Shown here piece by piece: positions 1 to 10,123 of a stretch of 64,000 bases of DNA (within the stretch, counting starts at the first letter, position 1; each line of letters opens with the position of its first letter). Position numbers and translations under genes: made by a program. Source of the DNA: an uncultured Candidatus Saccharibacteria bacterium (GTDB lineage: Bacteria; Patescibacteriota; Minisyncoccia; Phycocordibacterales; PALSA-1337); assembly GCA_964529025.1 (NCBI GenBank), contig CAZGUZ010000002.1, positions 6,885 through 70,884 on the forward strand. Reading direction: 5' to 3'. The notes under the pieces were generated by a model. It ran no database searches and had not been told where the DNA came from. It saw only the letters and a list, made by a program, of their open reading frames with translations.

Positions 1-282
<282 letters not shown>

Positions 283-338
283 TTAAGTTAGATTAATGAA
301 TAAATACTGATAAACGCTATCTAATACTATATTTAATA

Positions 339-653
339 CTATTCAACTACTGCAATTATTTCTGTATCCTGAACAATAACGTACTTTGTATCATCTACGA
401 CAATGCCTTCGCCCCATGTAAACAATACGGCATCTCCTTTTTTAACTGATACTGGAATGAGTTTGCCACTTTCGTAGCGACCTTCGCCTACTTCAACAAC
501 GATACCGCGCTTTACACTTGTATCAACTGCGGCAGTTGCGGGAATAATAATGCCTGATTGAGTCTTCGTCTCAGTATCCTTGCGTACATCTTCACGAATG
601 AGTACACGACCACCGAGAGGGCGAATGCTTGTCTGTTGTTTCTTAGCTGTCAT
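339..653 (-). CDS. groES: Co-chaperonin GroES (10 kDa)
   Basis: The ORF 339..710 contains an internal start giving MTAKKQQTSIRPLGGRVLIRE...GKLIPVSVKKGDAVLF, a GroES signature of about 104 aa. The upstream part of the tracked ORF begins with TTG and is probably not translated. Confidence 0.85.
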   Translation of the reverse strand: MTAKKQQTSIRPLGGRVLIREDVRKDTETKTQSGIIIPATAAVDTSVKRGIVVEVGEGRYESGKLIPVSVKKGDAVLFTWGEGIVVDDTKYVIVQDTEIIAVVE

Positions 654-779
654 AAAGATATGTAAATTAATGAATAATGGCCGACGAATACCTAAGGCCT
701 TGCACAACAATTATAGTGATACGGGGGTCATTTGCAAGGTGATTTGCATAAGCATTTAAATGTGCTATCATAGGGGTAC

Positions 780-1010
780 ATGAACGCTATTTCTTCAGTA
801 CTACCGTATATACAGCTCGTACTCTCTGTGCTTCTCGTTGGAGCAGTACTTCTACAGCAAACTGGCGCTTCAATCGGCGGTGCTTTTGGTGCTGACAACT
901 TTAGCTCTGCATACCATACTCGTCGCGGCTTCGAAAAAACCCTCTTTATTATTACTATTATCCTTAGTATTTTGTTTGCCATTTCTGCTCTCGTAGCACT
1001 TATTGCTTAA
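780..1010 (+). CDS. secG: Preprotein translocase subunit SecG
   Basis: A 76-aa protein with two hydrophobic helices and a Gly-rich loop (LLQQTGASIGGAFG), matching SecG in length and pattern. Confidence 0.75.
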   Translation: MNAISSVLPYIQLVLSVLLVGAVLLQQTGASIGGAFGADNFSSAYHTRRGFEKTLFIITIILSILFAISALVALIA

Positions 1011-1063
1011 GCTTTGCTTGTGCAAAAAACGACTTCGGTCGCTCTACTCTAGTTAGGAATGGC

Positions 1064-2914
1064 TTGTGTACCATGAACACGATCCACTCAGATTCTCCCC
1101 ATACAGAAACAGCAAGTTTTACTTCTCGAATCCCTGGTACTCGCTGGATTGCTGCAACAGTAAATAAGTTTACTCACACAGAAAAACTTATTGCTGGTGT
1201 TTTGGCTGCAATTCTTTGTGTAAGTACTATTGCCCTTATACTCACCATTAATAAGAAGTTTCTTGTTGAAATCCCAACTCAGGGTGGAATTATTACTGAG
1301 GGCGTGGTTGGTATTCCTCGCTTTATTAATCCAATCCTTGCTTTTACTGATGCTGATCGCGATCTAGCAAGCCTTATCTATGCTGGCCTTATGAAGTTTG
1401 ATGGCGTTCGGGTTGTTCCTGATATTGCCAAAGACTATACCGTAAGTAATGATGGCCGCGTTTACACATTTACACTTCGTAATGATGTATTTTTTCATGA
1501 TGGCACAAAGCTCACTGCTGAAGATGTAGAATTTACTATTCTTAAAGCTCAAGATCCAGAACTTAAAAGTCCTCTCCGTGCTTCATGGGACAAAGTTAAA
1601 GTTGAGCGTGTCAGTGAATACGTAATTCGTTTTACTCTTGATCGAGCATATGAACCTTTTATTACCAATATGACTTTGGGAATCTTACCCAAGCACATTT
1701 GGAATACTGTAGAGCCTGAGCAATTTACCTTTAGTAACTACAATATTGAGCCTATTGGTGCAGGACCTTTCCTTTTGGATAAAATCATGAGGGATAAGGG
1801 TGGCTTACCTACTGCGTACGAACTTATTCGTTTTGACGAATTTCATACCGGTGAAGCTTATCTTGATGGAATCACTCTTCGCTTTTATACCAATGAACGC
1901 GAACTTATTGATGCATACAATGAAGGCATTATTGATGGCATGAATTCTATTTCGCCTAAAGAAGCTCAGCGACTTAATTTCCTTTTGCCAAGCCTTACTA
2001 TTGAGCGCGTTGCTTTGCCCCGCATCTTTGGAGTCTTTTTTAACCAAAGTCAAAATGAAGTTCTTGCTTTGCCCGAAGTTCGCCAAGCATTGTCAGTAGC
2101 TATCAATCGCGAGCGCATTGTGCAAGAAGTTCTTGCTGGATACGGAGTACCTATTGATTCTGCCCTTCCTTACAGCCTTACAAGTTCAACAACTCGCACA
2201 AATGCTGAACCTCTTAAAGCAATGCTCAGCACTACAACTGAAACATTTATTACTGACGCTCGGTCAATCTTAACCAAAGCTGGTTGGACTCTTGCTTCAT
2301 CATCAGATACAACAAGCGGTTCAATACTTGTTAAAAAGACTAAGACCGGTTCATATACTCTTGATTTTACTTTGAGCACTTCGAATGCTCCCGAGCTTAA
2401 ACGTGCAGCAGAACTCGCTCAAGAACAATGGGAAAGACTCGGCGCTCGAGTTACACTTAAAATCTTTGAAACTGGCGACCTTAACCAGAATGTTATTCGC
2501 CCTCGAAACTATGATGCCCTTCTTTTTGGAGAAGTAATTGGCCGCGACCTTGATCTTTTTGCCTTTTGGCATTCTTCACAAAGAAATGATCCTGGACTTA
2601 ATATTGCACTCTATACCAATAGCAAAGTCGATAAACTCCTTGAACAAATTCGTACCGAAACATCTGAAACTAAGCGAAAAGCGCAGTTCAAAGAACTTGA
2701 TACTTTGATTAAGAATGACGACCCTGCAGTATTTATATTTTCTCCAGACTTTATTTATATAGTTCCTCCACAACTCCACGGAATGAATCTTCAACACATT
2801 ACTACATCAGCCGACCGCTTTAGTAGCGTTGCCGATTGGTATGTCGATACAGAGTACGTGTGGAAGTTTTTTATGCAGAGTGAACTCTTACAAAAATACG
2901 CTTTTATTAAATAA
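1064..2914 (+). CDS. ABC transporter substrate-binding protein, family 5 (peptide/nickel type), N-terminally membrane anchored
   Basis: A 616-aa protein with an N-terminal TM anchor followed by an extracellular solute-binding fold similar to OppA/DppA family 5 (inference from length and motif pattern). Confidence 0.7.
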   Translation: MCTMNTIHSDSPHTETASFTSRIPGTRWIAATVNKFTHTEKLIAGVLAAILCVSTIALILTINKKFLVEIPTQGGIITEGVVGIPRFINPILAFTDADRDLASLIYAGLMKFDGVRVVPDIAKDYTVSNDGRVYTFTLRNDVFFHDGTKLTAEDVEFTILKAQDPELKSPLRASWDKVKVERVSEYVIRFTLDRAYEPFITNMTLGILPKHIWNTVEPEQFTFSNYNIEPIGAGPFLLDKIMRDKGGLPTAYELIRFDEFHTGEAYLDGITLRFYTNERELIDAYNEGIIDGMNSISPKEAQRLNFLLPSLTIERVALPRIFGVFFNQSQNEVLALPEVRQALSVAINRERIVQEVLAGYGVPIDSALPYSLTSSTTRTNAEPLKAMLSTTTETFITDARSILTKAGWTLASSSDTTSGSILVKKTKTGSYTLDFTLSTSNAPELKRAAELAQEQWERLGARVTLKIFETGDLNQNVIRPRNYDALLFGEVIGRDLDLFAFWHSSQRNDPGLNIALYTNSKVDKLLEQIRTETSETKRKAQFKELDTLIKNDDPAVFIFSPDFIYIVPPQLHGMNLQHITTSADRFSSVADWYVDTEYVWKFFMQSELLQKYAFIK

Positions 2915-2950
2915 ATTATTAAAAATTATCATTAACATTATAAAAAATAT

Positions 2951-4972
2951 ATGACAACAGAAATAACACAAACAAAGACAGACGGAGCAGCATCACATGG
3001 TGCTGGTCACAACACATCACACCGTGCGCACGGCGCTGGTGCCCATACTGGCCACACAGGTCACGGAGCTCATCGCGGTGCACGCGGCGATCACCGCCCT
3101 CGCCGACCACACCCGCATCATGCAGGTGCAGCAGGTACAGGATTAGGTGGAGCACACCGAGCAGGAGGACATCGACCAGCCGGAGCACGCAATGCTCGTG
3201 GCGGTAATCGTATGCGCCGCGGTATGGACAGACCAAGCTCAACACCGATTGATACTCAAATTCACAAAAAGGTTGAGGATATTATTCCAGCAATTGGCGA
3301 CAATATTCGTATTATTCCCCTTGGAGGAGTAGAAGAAATCGGTAAGAACATGACAGCCATTGAATACGGTAACGACATTGTTGTTATCGACATTGGTTTT
3401 CAGTTTAAAGATGAAAACACTCCTGGTATCGACTACATTCTTCCTAACACTAAATACCTTGAGGAGCGACAGGACAAGGTACGTGCAGTAATTATTACTC
3501 ACGGCCACCTTGACCACATTGGAGGTGTTCCTTATGTAATGCCACGTATTGGTAATCCACCACTCTATACTCGAAACCTTACTTCGGTTCTGATTAAGAA
3601 GCGACAAGATGAGTTTCCTCATATGCCACCTCTTGATATTAAAATCGTCGAGAAAGATGAGGTGATTCGCATTGGTGATCTTAAGATTAAATTCTTTGCA
3701 GTAACTCACACAATTCCTGATGCTATGGGAGTTATTGTTGAAACTCCTTATGGTTCAATTGTTCACACAGGTGACCTTAAGCTTGATCACGTTAATGGTA
3801 TTCCAACTGATGAAGAAAATGCCGAGTACGAACGAGCTTTCAAAAATGAAAAGGTTCTTTTGCTCATGGCAGACTCTACTAACGTAGAAAACCCAGGATT
3901 CTCTATGCCCGAAAAGCAGGTGCATAAGAATATTGAAGAAATTATTCGAACAGTAAAAGGCCGCCTTATTATTGCAACATTCGCATCTCTTCTTGAGCGT
4001 ATGCTTAAGATTGTTGAGTTTGCTGAAAAATATGGCAAGAAAGTTGTTGTTGAAGGTCGCTCAATGAAAACCAACATTGAGATTTCAATGAAGTTGGGAA
4101 TCCTTAAGCCAAAAAAGGACACCCTCATTACCGTTGATGAAATGGATAACTATCCGCCTGAACGAATTATTATTCTTGCTACAGGTGCTCAAGGAGACGA
4201 ATTCGCAGCCATGATGCGAATGTCAAACAAGACGCATAAGTATGTAAAGATCAATAAGCGAGACACGATTCTTTTGTCATCGTCTATTGTTCCTGGTAAT
4301 GAACGATCAGTGCAGCGACTTAAAGATAACCTTTCTCGACAAGGAGCTCACATTATTCACTACAAGATTGCCGATGTCCACTCTTCTGGACACGCAAACC
4401 GCGATGAAACAGCTTGGATTCACAAAAAGGTAAATCCTAAGTTCTTTGTTCCAGTTCACGGTTACCACTACATGCTCCGCGTTCATGGAGACATTGCCCG
4501 CGAAGCAAATAATCTTCCTGAAGACAATGTGATCATTCCTGATAACGGCTCAATTATTGAGATCCAAGAAAAAGGTACAAAGATTGTAAAGCTTAAAGAA
4601 AAGGCTCCATCAGGTATTGTTATGGTTGACGGTTTCTCTGTGGGAGACATTCAAGAAGTGGTGATTCGAGACCGCCAAATGCTTGCTCAAGATGGTATCT
4701 TTATTATCTTCGGTATTGTTAATGCTCAAACAGGAAAGCTCAAGAAGTCGCCTGACATTATTTCACGAGGCTTCGTTTATTTGCGCGAATCGCAAGAGCT
4801 TTTGCATCAAGCACGAACTATTATCAAAACAACTATTGATGAAGGTTCACAAGGAATGAATCCAATTAACCTTGATTATGTTAAGAATGAAATTACTGAC
4901 AATGTAAGTAAATTCCTCTTCCAAAAGACAGCTAAAAGACCAATTGTTATTCCGGTGCTCTTAACGGTATAA
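2951..4972 (+). CDS. rnj: Ribonuclease J (metallo-beta-lactamase/beta-CASP RNase) with a ~115-aa His/Gly/Arg-rich N-terminal extension
   Basis: Carries the HGHLDHIGG metallo-beta-lactamase motif and the IIPLGGVEEIGKNM start of the catalytic core typical of RNase J. The N-terminal ~115 aa is a low-complexity H/G/A/R-rich tract encoded by a locally GC-rich segment (~2990-3240). Confidence 0.85.
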   Translation: MTTEITQTKTDGAASHGAGHNTSHRAHGAGAHTGHTGHGAHRGARGDHRPRRPHPHHAGAAGTGLGGAHRAGGHRPAGARNARGGNRMRRGMDRPSSTPIDTQIHKKVEDIIPAIGDNIRIIPLGGVEEIGKNMTAIEYGNDIVVIDIGFQFKDENTPGIDYILPNTKYLEERQDKVRAVIITHGHLDHIGGVPYVMPRIGNPPLYTRNLTSVLIKKRQDEFPHMPPLDIKIVEKDEVIRIGDLKIKFFAVTHTIPDAMGVIVETPYGSIVHTGDLKLDHVNGIPTDEENAEYERAFKNEKVLLLMADSTNVENPGFSMPEKQVHKNIEEIIRTVKGRLIIATFASLLERMLKIVEFAEKYGKKVVVEGRSMKTNIEISMKLGILKPKKDTLITVDEMDNYPPERIIILATGAQGDEFAAMMRMSNKTHKYVKINKRDTILLSSSIVPGNERSVQRLKDNLSRQGAHIIHYKIADVHSSGHANRDETAWIHKKVNPKFFVPVHGYHYMLRVHGDIAREANNLPEDNVIIPDNGSIIEIQEKGTKIVKLKEKAPSGIVMVDGFSVGDIQEVVIRDRQMLAQDGIFIIFGIVNAQTGKLKKSPDIISRGFVYLRESQELLHQARTIIKTTIDEGSQGMNPINLDYVKNEITDNVSKFLFQKTAKRPIVIPVLLTV

Positions 4973-4981
4973 CAGATCTGC

Positions 4982-5007
4982 AAAAAAGCACCGCGAGGTG
5001 CTTTTTT
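4982..5007 (+). terminator. Rho-independent terminator after rnj (GC stem gcacc/ggtgc then T6)
   Basis: The sequence aaaaaagcaccgcgaggtgctttttt forms a hairpin with a U-run. It is flanked by an A-run, so it could act bidirectionally. Confidence 0.7.
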
Positions 5008-5075
5008 CATATGTATTTAATAAAACCCACACTTATTGCCAATAAGTTTTTGGGGTACATGCTATAATTATTTAT

Positions 5076-6251
5076 ATGCTTCACCATCCGCACATTCGTA
5101 AGCGACGCAGCTTATACACTCTATTAACCATTGGTTTCCTTTTTGGTTTACATGCAGCTTTGCCGGTATATACCAATTCAAGTTTTCTCGAAACTATTAC
5201 CGATGAAAATGTTATTGGTTGGCTCTACACTTCGGGCGCCCTACTGACAATTATTGGTTTTATCATTGTTCCACATATCGTTGAGCGTATTGGTAATTAC
5301 AAAACCTGTATTTCCCTCTTAGTTGCGCAAATCATTATTATGTTTGGTTTGTCGACAACACAAAATGATGAATTGATCATGTTGCTTTTCGTTCTATCGA
5401 TTGCAACAACAAGCCTTATTACCTTTACCATTGACGTATTTATCGAAGCAAAAACATCTATTGGCGATACAGGCAGAGTGCGCGGCCTATTTTTAACCGT
5501 AGTTAACTCAGCTTTTCTTTTGGCGCCAATGCTTGCTGGTAGCCTTGCTGAAGGTGGCGATTACCGTGGAATCTTTGCAATTGCTTTTGGACTCTTAATT
5601 CCCCTCTTGTATATTATTCACTCAAACTTTGATCACTATAAGGATGCCGAGTACTCACATGAAAAGTTTTTGACGACGGTGCGCCATGTGGTTCACAACA
5701 AAGACTTGCGCGCAATATTCTCGGCTAACCTTATTTTGCATACATTCTATGCTTGGATGGTTGTGTATACGCCAATCTACCTTAATTCAACGCTTGGTAT
5801 GTCGTGGGAAAGCATTGGTATTATCTTTACTATCATGCTTTTACCTTTCGTTTTCGTAAACTTTCCTTTGGGAAAAATTGCCGACACTCGCTTGGGCGAA
5901 AAAGAACTTATGAGTGCAGGTTTCCTTTTGATGGGACTTTCTACTTGTGCTTTGGCTTTTATTACGACACCAAGTGTTTGGCTCTGGTCTCTTGGACTTT
6001 TAATGACACGTATTGGGGCTGCCACTGCGGAAATTATGATAGAGACATATTTCTTTAAAAAGGTTCCACAGCAAGATGCTCATGTTCTTGGACTTTTTAG
6101 AATCACTCGCCCCGGTGCCTATATAGCTGCTCCCGGTCTTACAGCAATTGCATTTATGTTTACCCACAATTACACCTATATGTTTATAGGCCTTGGAATT
6201 CTTGTACTCTTTGCTCTTCGCTATACACTCAGCATTAAAGACACAGCGTAA
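5076..6251 (+). CDS. MFS-type transporter (12 predicted TM)
   Basis: A hydrophobic 391-aa polytopic protein with a GKIADTRLGEKEL loop resembling the MFS D-R-x-G-R motif. An extended -10 (tgcTATAAT at ~5061-5069) ends about 7 nt before the ATG, so the transcript may be leaderless. Confidence 0.6.
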   Translation: MLHHPHIRKRRSLYTLLTIGFLFGLHAALPVYTNSSFLETITDENVIGWLYTSGALLTIIGFIIVPHIVERIGNYKTCISLLVAQIIIMFGLSTTQNDELIMLLFVLSIATTSLITFTIDVFIEAKTSIGDTGRVRGLFLTVVNSAFLLAPMLAGSLAEGGDYRGIFAIAFGLLIPLLYIIHSNFDHYKDAEYSHEKFLTTVRHVVHNKDLRAIFSANLILHTFYAWMVVYTPIYLNSTLGMSWESIGIIFTIMLLPFVFVNFPLGKIADTRLGEKELMSAGFLLMGLSTCALAFITTPSVWLWSLGLLMTRIGAATAEIMIETYFFKKVPQQDAHVLGLFRITRPGAYIAAPGLTAIAFMFTHNYTYMFIGLGILVLFALRYTLSIKDTA

Positions 6252-6254
6252 TAT

Positions 6255-6500
6255 TTACGAATTATTCTTGAGGCCTGCTAAATACTTTTCTACCGTAGGA
6301 GCATCTGAATCAGCAAGAATGTGGCCGTCAATATCAAGCGTAGGTGCTTTTGTTTGTCCTGACTTTGTTTTCATTTCTTCAAAGTATTGAGGGTTAGTGA
6401 GGACTTCGCGCTCTTCATAAGCATAGCCTTTTTCATTAAGAAAATTAAGAACCCCCGTGCACCATGGGCAACCTCGTTTTGTATAGATAATAATGTTCAT
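6255..6500 (-). CDS. Glutaredoxin/NrdH-like redoxin
   Basis: An 81-aa protein with a CPWC active site near the N-terminus (YTKRGCPWC) and a thioredoxin-fold length. Confidence 0.7.
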   Translation of the reverse strand: MNIIIYTKRGCPWCTGVLNFLNEKGYAYEEREVLTNPQYFEEMKTKSGQTKAPTLDIDGHILADSDAPTVEKYLAGLKNNS

Positions 6501-6541
6501 AGTTTTTATAGAATTTAATAAATCTGCACAATAAGTTTTGG

Positions 6542-7450
6542 CTATATGAGCTTACATTCAATAGCCATGAAAAGTGGGATTTCTTTTCGCATACGATCTT
6601 CTTCAAACTTTCGTGGGCCTGGGCCACTTTCTTTATGAGAAATCCATTCTTCGATTCGAGTAATTGCAAAACCAGTTTTTGCTAATGATTTTACATACAC
6701 CTGCAAAGGTCGATTAAATGAAACTGTTTCGATTTTTCGGCGAGGGTCATTGGTTCCTGGGGTCATGTCAATCTTTTCTCGAGACTCTGACATATAGGCA
6801 TCAATGCGGCGATATTGCTTTGGCTGTTGTGAATCTTTTGTTTCATCCCAACCCCAACTTGAACGCTTAATTGCGCGGAACATAGGGTGATTGAGCACAA
6901 GGACAAATGAGCCGCCCGGTTTAAGTACACGAGAAACTTCGGCAAAAACACTGTGTATGTGTTCAATATTTTGAATTGCCAAAATAATCATTGCTTTATT
7001 AACCGAGCGAGGGCCGAGGTAGGCAATACGCTCTGCTGGCGAAACGTGGTAAATAATTTCATTGCGGCGTGTACCAGTTTTTGGCGTTGCATTAGTTTCG
7101 AGTTTTTTTGCATGAGCAATGAGCTCGGGAGCAATGTCAGAGGCAGTGATTTTTGCTCCAAGCTGAGCAAAAGCACGTGCAAAATAACCCTGGCCACAAG
7201 CAAGGTCAAGAATATGATCTTCGGGACCTGGATTAACTAAACGGAGTAAATTGGGCAAAACAACATCTGATTGATAGGTCGAACTTTCATGTTCAAGGAG
7301 GTTGTTATACCAACCAGCCACACCGCCCCATGATGTTGGGTTGGCATTTTTTGTTGTTTGGGGTCGAGGCCGTGAATCTGAGCGTGCTGCGCGGGGGCCA
7401 TCATCTCGGTACTGGCCACGATTCTGCCCTTTTCGGTGGAGTTTTTTCAT
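6542..7450 (-). CDS. Class I SAM-dependent methyltransferase with a basic low-complexity N-terminal extension
   Basis: Contains LDLACGQGYF, a motif I (GxGxG-like) Rossmann MTase signature. The first ~40 aa are Arg/Pro/Gln-rich and GC-rich. Confidence 0.7.
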   Translation of the reverse strand: MKKLHRKGQNRGQYRDDGPRAARSDSRPRPQTTKNANPTSWGGVAGWYNNLLEHESSTYQSDVVLPNLLRLVNPGPEDHILDLACGQGYFARAFAQLGAKITASDIAPELIAHAKKLETNATPKTGTRRNEIIYHVSPAERIAYLGPRSVNKAMIILAIQNIEHIHSVFAEVSRVLKPGGSFVLVLNHPMFRAIKRSSWGWDETKDSQQPKQYRRIDAYMSESREKIDMTPGTNDPRRKIETVSFNRPLQVYVKSLAKTGFAITRIEEWISHKESGPGPRKFEEDRMRKEIPLFMAIECKLI

Positions 7451-7527
7451 GGCAATATTGTACCATTTAATTCAAAAATTAGCTCTTTTCTTGTTGAAAT
7501 AAAAGCCGTATACTACCACCACACTAA

Positions 7528-8844
<1,317 letters not shown>

Positions 8845-8884
8845 TACATAGCATTAAGTCCTAGTTAAGCCATAAGTGAACCGT

Positions 8885-8912
8885 AAAAAGAGCCTTCCGG
8901 GGCTCTTTTTGC
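8885..8912 (+). terminator. Rho-independent terminator after eno
   Basis: The sequence aaaaagagccttccggggctctttttgc forms a hairpin followed by a T-run. Confidence 0.6.
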
Positions 8913-9035
8913 TTATTATCCACAGAGCCCAGTTGACACCTTGTGTTTTTGTGCTAGGCATGCTATAATATTGACAGGTGTACGTTCACATGGTGTGAAG
9001 CTAGTACATATAGGGGGAAACCCCGGAAAGGTAAC

Positions 9036-10067
9036 ATGAAGCAAAAGTTCGTTCCATTGTGGACGAGCCTCATGCTCGTCCTTGTCCTCCTGGGGGTTTT
9101 CGCCCCCAATGTGCTCAGTCAGAGCACGAATAGTGGTGGCACTGCCGCACCTGCGGTCGTAGAACCTCAGTATCCCGGGGATTTTGTTCCCGAGGAGATT
9201 CCGACCACACTCGCGAAAGCACGTGAGTATGCCTTAGAGGCAGCTTACGGGCTCATTGTTGTGGTTGCCACTGATGTTAACTGGGTCCAACACATGTTTG
9301 TGTGGGACCATAAGGGAACATTGGAAGCCGGCATGCGTGCAGCAGCACAATCTGTTGCGCTGTCCGAGGTGTTTAACACCAACCTGACCCACCAGATCGT
9401 GGTTACGGCGGTTGATAAGGCAGCTGTTGGTGTGTATGCAAATACGCCCTGGCTGTACTACCGTCATGACAACAAGAAAAATTCTGTCGCCGCAAGTCAG
9501 GTGGCAGAAAAACTGGTAGTCAACTTCTACCCCGACAAGTTTGGGGTGATCGAAGTGGTCATGCCGTGGGTTGCAACCGCACACATCCGTGGCGAAGACA
9601 TGTCTGGAAAGACTGTCCACATGGACGCAGCAAGCGATGGTGGTACGTCTCCATTCTTGGTTAAGCCGAACTTCGACGTTGGTGCAGTTAGGCTACCAAT
9701 TCCCCTTACTGGATTCAAGAATGGGGTACTGGTTGTTAGTAACCAGTTCATGGAAGCCCACCACTTTGAACTACCGAGCGGCCGATTCATCGGCACCTTT
9801 GTAGAGCGGAGTGTCTCGATCTCGCCGATTGCGTCAGAACCTGGCAGAGTGCAGGTCACAGTGCGAGGTAAGATCGGGGAGACCGTCCAGGTTTTTGCTG
9901 GACCCTCACCTGAGTACATGGTGAGGCAACTCCACTCCGATAAGCATCTGTTTATTCAACCAGGGGGCACCCTCAGGCTGAAAATTGATGCGAAGGAGGA
10001 CGCAAGCTTTTTCAAGGCTTTATACTTCAGTAGCCAGGAAGAAGCTCAGCGCTCGTTGAAGCGCTAA
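9036..10067 (+). CDS. Secreted hypothetical protein (signal peptide) encoded by a GC-rich segment
   Basis: The N-terminus MKQKFVPLWTSLMLVLVLLGVFAPNVLSQ looks like a signal peptide. No recognisable catalytic motifs were found. Local GC is clearly higher than in the flanks, and a TGnTATAAT extended -10 lies at ~8958-8966 upstream. Confidence 0.55.
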   Translation: MKQKFVPLWTSLMLVLVLLGVFAPNVLSQSTNSGGTAAPAVVEPQYPGDFVPEEIPTTLAKAREYALEAAYGLIVVVATDVNWVQHMFVWDHKGTLEAGMRAAAQSVALSEVFNTNLTHQIVVTAVDKAAVGVYANTPWLYYRHDNKKNSVAASQVAEKLVVNFYPDKFGVIEVVMPWVATAHIRGEDMSGKTVHMDAASDGGTSPFLVKPNFDVGAVRLPIPLTGFKNGVLVVSNQFMEAHHFELPSGRFIGTFVERSVSISPIASEPGRVQVTVRGKIGETVQVFAGPSPEYMVRQLHSDKHLFIQPGGTLRLKIDAKEDASFFKALYFSSQEEAQRSLKR

Positions 10068-10083
10068 AGAAATATCAACCCTC

Positions 10084-10117
10084 AAAAAACCCCGACTTCG
10101 GTCGGGGCTTTTCTTTT
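10084..10117. terminator. Bidirectional rho-independent terminator between convergent genes
   Basis: The sequence aaaaaaccccgacttcggtcggggcttttctttt forms a perfect 7-bp GC stem with a UUCG loop. It is flanked by an A-run on one side and a T-run on the other. Confidence 0.7.
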
Positions 10118-10123
10118 ATTATT

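Noticed and set aside
654-727. CIRCE (HrcA) operator upstream of groES
   Set aside because: No TTAGCACTC-N9-GAGTGCTAA-like inverted repeat is visible in the groES upstream region.
2919-3245. 108-aa minus-strand ORF rich in His/Leu/Arg
   Set aside because: It is antisense to the GC-rich, low-complexity N-terminal extension of rnj. GC-rich low-complexity DNA produces long open frames on both strands, and the sense frame is contiguous with the RNase J core.
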